NCBI RefSeq assembly: GCF_902459465.1
Contig: NC_047083.1
Coordinates: forward strand, 186,001 to 250,000
DNA: 64,000 nucleotides
Direction of reading: 5' to 3'
Origin: Asterias rubens
Lineage: Eukaryota
Shown: piece by piece, positions 33,342-45,409 of the stretch
Numbering within the stretch: position 1 is the stretch's first letter
Layout of the letters: the number at the start of each line of letters is the position of its first letter
Position numbers and translations under genes: made by a program
The notes under the pieces: model-generated
The model's database searches: none
The model's input: only the letters and a program-made list of their open reading frames with translations
What the model was told of the DNA's origin: nothing

Positions 33342-35073
33342 ATTGATAATGATTTATTTTCTGTTAAATTTAAGATTATGCACAGAATAGAATTTTTAAA
33401 TAAATGTAATGTGAATATTTTCTATGCATTTCATGTGATAGTACTAAGTTTAATTAGAAACAACAGTTATCTTAAACTTTCAAGCATTGCCGAGTTTAAC
33501 ATACGTTGCTTTTTTATTCCCCAGTTTTGTTGGGGGAGGGAGGAGTGGTTTAAGTGCTTGACGAAAATTAATTAAATATTTGACTTGAAAAAGAAATGTT
33601 TTTAAGAAGTAAAAAAATTAAAACAAGATCAAGGCAACAAATTAATATCTATTGTATACAGGATGAAGTATATTAATAATTAATGTAAGATAAAAGGTAA
33701 AGCAAGGGGAATATTTTCAAGGTAGGGTCATCATTCAGGTTTTCTTTAGCATTATGTTGATTTATTGGCAAGGTTATAGAAACGAAAATGCAATGAAAGT
33801 CACCTGTGAAAGTTTCAGTTGAATACAGGGCCTACTTGCGGGGGAAAAAAATGTCTGGGTATTTTCATCAAGAACATTGAATCCATCCACATATAGCAAG
33901 GTGACAGCCGGTACCAACTACATCTGTGGCAAATGAGGGCAGTATTCAAACTGAGATGCTATGGAAATTTCCAAAAATCACCTGCAGGCGATCTTTGGAG
34001 ATTCAAATTTGTTGATTACCTTTGTTGAATTTTGATTCTGAACGTAGACGTGACTTCAGATGCTAAAATTTTGCCAAATGCTTTTACTACCATTTTCAAT
34101 TTTACAACAAGTAAGATTTCAGATATAAATCATGCAAATTATCTTTGAGGTATTACCGAAGTATGACCTTACCTCTAACATCTTCTTGACTATATTTATT
34201 AGAAGGATTTTCTCAGCCTTAAAGGCATCACAAATTAAAATATTTGTGCCCTTCTTTTGGACCCATTTAATTCTACGCATATTCATTTTATGTTGATTAA
34301 AATCAACCTTTTAAAGCCATTAAATTTATCAAAGTAAATAATTTTTTTTAAACTTTGATTTTAAACCTTTTTATCAATGCAGTACTTAAAAGATGAGTGT
34401 TTTAATATAATAATAAATAATAATAATAATAGGCATTTGTAATGACTAATGAGCCAAATCAATCTAAAGATGTTGTGACAAGGTGCAGAGAAGCAGGGTA
34501 ATAAAAAGGTTATAAGAAAATGCAAGAAAATGTTAAATTACAAAATGAAAATCTCCCCCAAATTTTAAACCAGAAATGACTTTTCAGAATCAACACCTCG
34601 TCTTTCATGCCCATTTTATGAGTAAAAATAATGGTTTCAAATTTTCATCTTGTGAACATTCAATTTCTGAGCTTATTTCATTTCTTTCTGTGCCTTAAAT
34701 TATCCATAATCTTTCCAATCTTCTCTGATGAAATTCAACACAAGCTAATTGCACCCTACAAATTTGTGAAACCATTAAAAAAAGATGAGCACTTTGAAGA
34801 ACTTAAACATGTAAAATTAAAAGTTTTTAAATAAAAAGAGGTTGCTAATTTTTAGTTACTTCTTATTCTTCACACCATGAAATGTTTCAAACCACTGAAA
34901 AGTTAATTTTATGCAATTATTTAAATGTACTGATTACTGCGTACTTAAATTTCCGAGAAGACAATTTGCAAATGGAAAAATCCTCTTTATGTTTTATTTT
35001 GACACGGCAATAATTTATAGTAGTTGCAAAAATATTGAAGTTAATTTAGTTTATAAAAAAAAGTTACGAGTTC

Positions 35074-35162
35074 TCCTTCGAGCCGGATTCGAACCAGCGA
35101 CCTATGGATGTCAGGCATTTAACTTCTACAGTCCACCGCTCTACCAACTGAGCTATCGAAGG
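35074..35162 (-). tRNA. tRNA-Tyr: tRNA-Tyr (anticodon GUA) with 16-nt intron
   Basis: CCTTCGATAGCTCAGTTGGTAGAGCGGTGGACTGTAG-[AAGTTAAATGCCTGAC, 35125-35110]-ATCCATAGGTCGCTGGTTCGAATCCGGCTCGAAGGA. Perfect 7-bp acceptor stem, A and B boxes intact, intron at the canonical 37/38 position, T-run terminator about 12 nt downstream. Confidence 0.97.
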
Positions 35163-37925
35163 GCCGCTGAGATTGCGGGCTTACGTAGACCCAAGATAAC
35201 TAAGCGATAAATCCTTTAGATATGACTCATCCATTGCGCCCGCGAATTATTGTGAAACCACAGACCAATGAACTCACAACGTCCGGTGTGGTCAGAGTGA
35301 CTAGCGCCCTCTTGGGGTTGAATTTTGCCATTACATTATTTTTGTACAAATGTACTCCACAAAACGTTGTTACGATCATACAACAGATGTTTTCGGCTTA
35401 AAACCTACCTAACCAATTATGTAGCACATTTTAATAGTTTTTAATGAAGGATTGTAATTTAAAGTACTTATTTACGGGAAAATGGCATGGGGTAAAAAAA
35501 CTGCAAACTTAATTATTTATTTATGTTGTTTTAATTAGTTTTTACATACTTTTCGAGAAGGTTGTTCCAAATCCAAAGACAATTTTTTTTAAAGCATTTT
35601 ACATGGGTATAAGTACCTGGTCTTCCTATAACAATGGTATTTTGGAAAACAAAAAGTGATATTTAGAGCAAAGGTTACAGTGCTGTGAACACCATCCAGC
35701 TTTTCTTTGAAAGTACAATAAGTCTTTAAGGATAAATTTAATGGATTGTTTTATTCATGCCAGTTTATTTATATCGTCTTCCTCATCATCAGTACATTTC
35801 ATATGTAAAATTACATGTATATATATCTTTTTAAAAAACTTGCATGTTATTTTAACTGAATGAAATTCAATATATTGGCACTCCGTACTATAATGAATAT
35901 CTAAGCCCTATTTCATAAAGCTGTTTAGTAGAAAATACTTCTTAAAAAATGTCTTTGCTTTACAAACAATCAGTGGGGCACCAGTTGCAGCCACGTAAAC
36001 TTGCCTAGAAATTTGCCTGGTAACCTGTTTTTACTAAGCAACTTTCAATGTGCTTAGCAGGGTTTGTGTTTAAAGGCTTTATGAAATTGACCCCTCATGT
36101 ATGTCAGACAAACATTTTTTAAAGTAAAATAAGAACATTCTAAAATATTAATGTTTGATAAGGTAATTGTATATCCAATGAAATAATAATATAGCAGGGT
36201 TTTATTCTTATATCTCGCTTGATGTTCATAAACAATATAACTCACAGTTTATTTTCAACGTTCAGTTTTATGTTTTGTATTGCAAAGGCAGCCTTGGTCA
36301 CATATTAATTGTAGTCTTCTTCCCCCCCCCCCAAAAAAAAAAACAAAATAATAATTACATTAGTTCCCAAATTATTTTATTGCGAGCACAGGGTATTTGA
36401 TATAAGGGTCACAAACCACCTTGGTTAATTTCTAACCTATACTTTGAACTGATATATTTATCATTAAACTAGGAAAAGAAAATGATCTTAAATAATGAGG
36501 AAATTTCAGTTGTATAAGACAATCAATTTCAATATAGTGAAACAACGAAAAATTGCATCAATCAATTTACAAATCTTTGAAGGGTTTCAGTTTTGATGCC
36601 ACTGAAATGAATAAGATTAGAAGTGGTTTTCTGTTTTAATCCTGCGTGATATTCTTCCTTCTTTCGTCGGAATTCCAGGGATTTTTTTTGCACTTGGATA
36701 CATCAGAAAAACTGAGATAGTTTAATAGCATGAAAAGGCTGTTTTAAAAAGCCTACACCATGTGTACATCTAGGTCGGCCCTAGGTCAATAAAATATTTC
36801 ACCTACGAATTAATTTCATACCTGCTTAATCAACAATTGGAAATTGGGGGCTGAAGATTATATTTATTTATTGGATTTATTAAAGGATAATTTGTTTAAG
36901 GATGAAATTAGACAGGATTGGGAGATTGAGGTAAATATTTATTAGTAATCATGGTGCTGGGTTTATTGTAGATGGTAACGATGGGATTAATTAATTAATG
37001 CGAATTGATTAAAGGGAAAGGTGTAATGAAAATAAAAAACTGTGGAAACTGCTTGGAATAAAATGACGAATAAATTTCCATGAGCAGAAAAAATAAAATC
37101 CTTATCTCGTTGTGTATTTTTTTTGTATTTGATGCTGAACAACGATCTGTGGCAGAGACAGAAAAGTTAATTTATTTTCTATTACAGCTGATCCAATTTT
37201 CTTGAGATTTATTTTTTTTGAGACTCTAATCGCAAAGCGAGTAGAAATGATACGCTTAATTTATTTTCTTTTCCAATTCCGGCCCAACGGGATTGAAAAA
37301 TAAATTAGAAATTTACAACAAGTCGGAGAAAGTGAGTCTAGTGGAAGCTAACATTTTCTCCCCATCTCAATTTAGTAAAAACACGCACTAAAAAAGGAGG
37401 CAAAGAGTTCCTTTAAAAATGACGACAAATAAAACACATCATATGTTTTAATATAGTTCCAATTTTATTTGATGTATTGTCATATTTTGCTTTGCCTACT
37501 TCTACATTCCTAAATCATTATCGTCGAGTAATCAACCCAACTTCAGCGAACGAACATAAAGGGACTCCATTCCTACAGTAGTTTTATTAAGAATATCTTA
37601 CAAGTATACAATATGAAATTATCTTTTTTGTAGAGAAAAAAACTCTGATAAATGTATAAGTAAATTTAATCTAGTTTGTTCACTGATTCTACATCTATTC
37701 ATAACAAAACATGCCCTGAGAGACACTTTCTCAATTTAGTGTGCTTTCAATTTACGGTTTAAAAACTGTACATTTTTTTACTCTTTTTGCAAAGTGGAAG
37801 AAACTGGGCAGTGCAAAGAAAGAATAAACCCTGGTTTTATTAACAGTTTATTTAAACTGATTTGTTCTTTAAACTGGTTAAATTCTGCATACTGTGTTAA
37901 CCATTTTGAGATAACTGGTTATATT

Positions 37926-38181
37926 CATAGAGTTATATATAAGAACCAGACGATGTACCAATGATGTCTTGGCACAAACGCGACGGGACCGCAAGGAGAC
38001 ACGCGCGTCATTTTGTGAGATAAACGTTGTACGCCCGTTGAAAATGAAGTAGGCCTACACGTCGGTGATAAATACACTCAATGCGATGTTGTTTGCTCAA
38101 CTTACAAAATGGCCGCATGCTCGCATGCTGGGCCGCGTAATTAAGCCACTGTGCCCTCTAGTTCTTATATGTAACTCCATG
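37926..38181. mobile_element. MITE, CpG-rich interior
   Basis: TIRs CATAGAGTTATATATAAGAAC / GTTCTTATATGTAACTCCATG. Confidence 0.75.
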
Positions 38182-41100
38182 GTTATACTGTACATTAAAC
38201 CAGTTTAAGTAAACCAAACTGATTGGTTAAAATTATAACCTGGGTTTAGTGACAATGACTGATTCAATTGAGGTAGTAAATTTGTCAGATCACACTTAAG
38301 ACTAAAGGCAATCACAGTTTGCATAAATTAATATTCATTAACATCAGACAAATGTGATGGAAATCACAATTTGCATAAATTAATATTAATTAACAACCAT
38401 ACAAATGTGATGCACTGAGCAACCCAAAGTTGTGACATCATGAGTAAGCTAATTAGATAAATGTATTATCCACTGATGACACCAAATCTGCATATATCAA
38501 TATTCATATCATTTTAACAACTTGACCAATCAACAGCACTCACCCACACATTTATTGATTTGCATATTCAGAGACAGTGGCTGGTTTACAGGACTTCTTG
38601 CAGAACATTTTTAAACATCAACTTTTACCAAATTTGCATATTTTCTTTTCCACACTCACATAAAAACAAAAGGCTGGACCAAGCCACTAGAATCTATTTT
38701 TAACTCGTCTTCATTTTCAAGACATATGTTAAACAACTTGGCCTGATTAACGCTTCCAGACATCATTAAAACAGGATGCAAAGTTCACAATAGTAACCCC
38801 CCCTTCCCCATTAACCTTATAATGGGAACGCCAAACTCTCTACTTTACATTTATTTTACATACACACCAAAAAAGAAGAAAAAACAAATAACAGATATGC
38901 ACAAAATTACAAAAAGATATTTTGTACACAAATCGTACCACTTAAGGTATCTCATTAATATTCAACAAGTCACTATTGACCTCTGACCTCAAAGAGCATT
39001 ATGGGTAATCGGCTTCCTAACCCCTGAGACTTACAGCAAGCATTTACCAAATAGATTGCTATAAAATATTATGTGGAAACCAATACCCAGCATGCATTGC
39101 TCTCTGTTTAACGAGGCTATATCAAAGTTTTTTTTTCTTCTTTTTTTCTCCTTATTTTTTTTTTAATGACATTTTTATGACATTTTAATTAAAGCAGTTT
39201 GTTACTTCAATATTTACAAAGGTACCTTTCCTTACACAACCAACAACATCATGCTATTTAAACAGTAAATTTAACTCGTTCATTATTTCTTTGTTATCAT
39301 TTTGAGTATGTCCATTACCCTCAAAGGTGTATGACTTCATCAGCATATCACCCTATCAGCATATCACCCTCGCAGATAGGGAAATCATTCCTTAGAATTG
39401 CTGAAACAAAGTACCGTTCTTTTGAACAAAAATAAACGAATCTCAAATATCTAAGAAAACAACAAACACTATTGTTTGAACAATTCACCTTTATCCTAAA
39501 CACACCATCTACTTCCTAAACAAATCATAATTTTTATTACGTCATGAAAGAAAAATCATTATCAAACCAAGACATTTTTCAATGGTTTCCTATCAACTAT
39601 AATAAACATTGTTGTAATGTAACCATGGCAATATATAGTTGACACAAAAAACAATTTGGCAGAGTTGTATGTTAAAAAATATCTCAAAAAGTTTATAGGA
39701 AAGGGATGTTTATAAGGGACTTAAAAAGAAGATCATCAAGACTAAAATCCCTTTCCCAGTGTTAATTAAAAACTATTTGTTTTTGCAGGCAACTTCACAT
39801 TTTTTGTGACTTACAGATTTTGTTCAAACATGATATTTTGGAACTACAGATAGATTATTTTTGTTTTAACGCAAACAAGAATTAGGTAAAACAAATATTT
39901 GGAGGTTTAATAACCTGGTGGGATATTAAAATCTGTTTTGGCAAGATGGTTTTAAAAATGTCAGTCTAGAACTAAATCATTAATCAGTAAACAAATCTAT
40001 TGATACAATAGAGCGACTGTTTCCTTCAGAATGGGTGACACATTTAAGGAGAACTTTGATTGGCTAAAAGAAAGTGATTTCATCTCAACAAGCCTGTCAT
40101 GTCTTTCTTTACAAAACAGTTACCTTCAGGGATTTTGATTGGTTAAGGGATCTTTGATTATTCCATTTTAAAAAGGGGTGGTTTAATTTGGCAAAACAAC
40201 ATTAATTGTACAAATAGTATTATTGAAAACATTTCATGAAAATAAGTTGGCAATTGCAAATTGAACAAATTTTCCAGTGAAATAAGGCACATTTAAAGTA
40301 CTGATAAACCAACATAAACAAGGAGGATTCTCAAACATCGAGTGGTTTGTGGAGAAGCCATTTATAAATAACTCACCCTAAATAGCAATCCACTGGTTTA
40401 ACAACTCAATGTTTTGATCAGTAAGCTCTGATCAGCTTCAGGAGAAAAATGATCTTCTTTTCCTAAAGACGATCACGACTTAAAATCAAAACGTCAAGTT
40501 GTTGAACCACTGGTTGTTTTCAGAAGTACAAGTCATGGTATTTCCACAAACATCACTAGATTGTATTCCAACCACGCAAACATTCAAATACTACTTAAGA
40601 TTCTTAACAGTTTCCATGGTAATATTTTGATGATTGATATGAAGTAATGAAATATATAAGAAAAATTACTTGATTTACTCTTACTTCAACTGTTAGAAGT
40701 TTGAATGATGAGTTCATAATAATAATAATGCATATGAGTTGTTAGGTTTCATGAAATTGAAAAAACAAAGAAGAAAAGATAGGTTTATATTCATATTGCA
40801 GGTGTGACAGAAACAGGGTTACCAACGCTTTCAGAAGGGGACCAGTGACATTAAAGCATTTACTACATGCCTCACTCCAAGGTTTTTTTCTTCTTAGATT
40901 TTAAATGCATAGTTCCCAGGCTTTCCTGTACAGATCAAGATGACCAAATGATTTAAATGAAAAGCACCAGCTCATTTTACACTCCAGCCTTATTGTCATT
41001 GTCTAAAAACACATTATCTGATAAAATATTGTTGGTAACCTGTTTGTCAACCTTTGTCAAAATTTAGTAAATTGTAAAATTGGTTTGTGAGCAAAAAAGA

Positions 41101-41663
41101 AATTAAAAATAAAAATAAAAATTTGACTGAATAACAAATTCTTTGAAAAAACTAATTTGATTGGTTGGTCAGTGATTCATGTGTTACTTTCAACCAATCA
41201 ACTGAACTGTTATTGTTGATCAAACCCTGAGATGAATGACTTCACTGTTAAAATAATGCATGAATATTGCATTAATTAACTAATGCCAATTGTAATTGGT
41301 CAAAAGGCCAGCCACTTAATAATACAGTCATTCTCAATAGCTGAGGCTTAATGTATGCATTTCCCTGATTGATTGTAAAGCATCTTGTGACAAAGAGGGG
41401 TGTGGCTATAGAGGTAGAAGAAATAATTTGCAGAAAGTTGTGTTTTATAAAAAAAACTAAGAGAGAAATTTGACTGCAATTGTAATGCCGTGCATTATGA
41501 GGTAGCAATGCTTGTTTTATACAAATAAAAAAAATTAGCGTTAGAAAAAGATTCAAACTCAAGAAAAAGTTTGAAAAATATTGGCTTGTTTCTACAGATG
41601 AAACCATCTGTAAAATTTCACCGTTATTTTACGTCACAATTGTTATGTATTTCATTTTACATA

Positions 41664-42173
41664 AGGACAAACGCCAACGGTTTCTGATCTTAGTAACTAA
41701 CGTTCAATATGAAAGACAAATGGGAGACTGTTAGACAGTGCTTTTTCACAGTATTGCGTGCTTGTAGGTCTGCGCACGCCCAATTGCTTTTTCACAGTAT
41801 TGCGTGCTTGTAGGTCTGCGCACGCCCAATTGCTTTTTCACAGTATTGCGTACTTGTAGGTCTGCGCACGCCCAATTGCTTTTTCACAGTATTGCGTGCT
41901 TGTAGGTCTGCGCACACCCAATACTGAGCACGCTCAGAGCAGCAACAAAGGATCGCTATGTCTGCTGCCGCCAGCGTCTCAAAAGTCTTCTATTGACGTA
42001 ACAAATTTTGAGAAAAAAGAAAAGAAAAAAATATACATGAATATTGAAAATTCATTATTTTGTTTTGTTAGGTTCTTGTTGTTCCTAACATTTCTGATAT
42101 TTATTGGACCATAATTTGAAACTACATTTTTGAAATTATAATTTTTAAGATCAGAAACTGTTGTCTGCCTCCT
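41664..42173. mobile_element. MITE with internal 4 x 46-bp tandem repeat (41740-41923)
   Basis: TIRs AGGACAAACGCCAACGGTTTCTGATCTTA / TAAGATCAGAAACTGTTGTCTGCCTCCT; unit GCTTTTTCACAGTATTGCGTGCTTGTAGGTCTGCGCACGCCCAATT. Confidence 0.72.
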
Positions 42174-45100
42174 GGCCCGTTTGAACTTTCTCTACTTTGA
42201 AACAGAAAAGTTGATCTTTCACCACAATCATATTGAAATATTCTCACAATATTATTTGAAGTGACCCTCTCGTGAATTGACCTCCTTAGAAACACAATCT
42301 TAATGCATTATATGGCTTATTTCTATGGCAACCATAATATAAAACTGACTGATTGTTTATTAAACCTACAGACAGAGAAACCCCCTTACTATTATGCAAG
42401 GTAACTGCATTCTACTTTCCCCTATTTCAGCATACTGGTAAAAGCGCCTGACGAAGCAACATTCCACTTAGTCAGACCGAGTTAACATACTACACAAGAA
42501 AGCAAGCTTGCTTTATTTAAGAATTCATCTCCTTTAACCATTCAAAAAGGTCCTTCAAGAACCATAAGTAACCCCTACCAAAAACATCCACGCCCCGTCA
42601 AGAAAAACCAAACCAAACGTATCTACAACATAATATAAAACCCAATCATTATTTCACTCTTATATTGTAGAAGCTTGCCAAACTTAAGAAATATTTGTTT
42701 GTAATGTTTTGCAAATAAGTCACAAAATGGGTGAGTCTTTCATGACCAAAGTAGAGGATAATAAACAGAAATGAAAAAGAAAAGAACCGAAAGTAAAACA
42801 AATGCACACCATATTATTTTAAAATGCATAGAGTTTTACGAGTTACATTAGTATTGAAATCTTCATGGGTAACTTAAGACAATAGTTGAAAATTAAGTTT
42901 GGAATGAAATGCGTTGAGAAGAACTCACGAGATGGGGAAAGTATTCTGGAATGATTATTAAAGACGATTTAACAAAGTGTTGCAAGAGGATCACACTGTC
43001 GGAAAAGCATGGTTTATCAGTAAATACCCTACAAACTTTTAAGTGATGTTTTGGGAAAATCAACAAACTATCAAATCAAACCTCAAAAAACTCATAATTT
43101 GAACCACTTTGAAATATTCTGGACACTAATCTTTCCTTAAAAAAAAATACTCCAAATTTTGTAAGAAATTGTTTCCCTTTCAGCCCAAGTGATCCTCCAA
43201 ACCTAAAGGTTTTAAAAATCAAACTACATTTTTGGACTGATGAATATTAAATATTCCTTGATTTTAACGAACTGGGCAAAAGATTTTATGTTTGGCACAG
43301 AAAACATGGCACATATCAACAAAAGTATGGGTGTTCTGGCAAATTATGACACTCAATTTCAATAGTAGCTTTTTAAGCTTGTAAAGAAAGACATGAAAAA
43401 CTCTCAAAAACTAAAATGTGAATAAACTAAACACTTTTGACAACATTAAACCTTTGCTATTTCAGACATAATTTTGTTTTCGATGAAAAAAAAAATGAAT
43501 TCTGTTTTTCATAATTTTCATTTAAGATAAAAATTATTTGTGTGTGTGGCATGATATGAATAAACATATCTTTAAATTTATTTTAAGTCAAGGAATTATT
43601 ATCCTTCAAACAAAATCTTTCAAAAACCTCTTTGAAAAACAACGCTAAAAAACTAAAATGTTTTTGATAACAAATGAGTATTCTTGATGTTGTTGTCATA
43701 ATAAAAGGTGCTGCTCTTTAATTTCATTTAATTTCAAAAGCCTTAGCCTAAAATATTTCAAGCAAAAAAAAAATAAACCTTAGTTTGTACTAGGTGTCCT
43801 ATCAACTTATCGAACAGGAGTAGAAAAATAATCATGCAAATCTGAGACAATATTTCAGAAAACTTATAGAGGTTCGGGGTGAAAGAAAACAATTTACAAA
43901 GATTTGAAATGAAGAAAAAATAAAAACCCAAAACAAAACAAAAGAAAAGATGAAATGCTCTCTACAGCTACTAAAAAAGCTTGCAAGCTGAGTGCGATTA
44001 AAATGCAATTGAATGTATTTTTCATTAATGCCCATTTCTACTTTGAATAATCATCTGCAATAAGATAAGATGTTGTGATGAAATCTGTGAATTATTTCAT
44101 CTTGTGGTGGATCCAATCTCTGTTAGAGACGTACCCAAGGTGCAAAATCAAAAGAGGCATCAAGTCATAAACCAACTGGTCCCCTCTCATTCTTCTTTCA
44201 ACTTGTGATATGTCAAACTGTATGTAGTTTAAGGTGATCGTGGAGAACCATGATTTATTTGTTTCAAGTAATTGCATTTTGACACGTACATACTTAGCAC
44301 CCTACAAACGTTCAAAAGTTGTTGGTGTGCGCATTGGCAGCGTTGATTTTTAGTGTTACCCTTCCAGGTGTCAGTGACGAGAGGTATTGGTGTGGCTCGG
44401 TTCGGTGCCTATGGTAAGGAGGCCGAGTACAGACCCCATCACAGCCGTCACAGTTAACCAAAATACTGACTTGAAACACCTAGAAATACTTCACAAATTC
44501 CATGAAAATATCAGTCAAATCAAAATGAAAATCTGTTGAATTATTGTCTACTCCAGATCTTTTCCCGGACATAAATTTACTTGTAAAAAATAAAATGTGT
44601 TTTTCAGAAGCTCTGGTGCCTAATGACTTCTAATGTTCTACTAAGTGTAGTAGTCTAGGAATCAGACCATGATAGCTGCTATATTATACACAGAACACCT
44701 CAGGTGACAACAACGCTATTTTCTACATAAAAAGCTACATACAAGTTTATATTTTACTATAACAATGTGCAATTCTTAGTCTCTAATCTCTCAATTATTT
44801 TCACACAATAAACATCAATTATTAATCTGATCCATAAAGAATAAAATCCCTGCCGTAATTTGTATATTTTTGTTTAATCCGTGCACAAAAATCTCCAAGT
44901 GCGGACGGATAACATTGCGAAAATAATCACAATGGTCGAAGCCGGAATTCAGTTGGCGCTAACAAGTCAACACACTCTATGTTTACACTTTTACCGCTTC
45001 TTGCAAATCTTTCCCAGCAGAGAGCAAAGTTATACCATTTATTCTGATTGGCTGAAAAATGTTACTTAACACACTCACAACCAATCACACAGCCTGGCTA

Positions 45101-45409
45101 TTATAAGTTTGTGAGACACACAGACCTACTACATCGATTCAACACTTTATTGTTATTGATTTTTTTATCGAGTTCAATTACGTAACCTCCAAGACAACTG
45201 ACAAATCACAACAAGTTTAAACAACATTGTCCAATCACAGCTCTTGTTACAAGATTACACACTATTCCCCACCAATCAGATACAGTGTTACTTAGATTTT
45301 AAAAGCCAGATTTATTATAATTGACTCTGCTCCCTCAATCCAATGACATTAACTTTGCAAAAATACTGATCCTACTCCTGCCACCTTCCAATCCCACCTC
45401 TGCAACATT

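Noticed and set aside
34911-35210. 99-aa ORF across the tRNA
   Set aside because: Incidental reading of the tRNA antisense strand and AT-rich flank.
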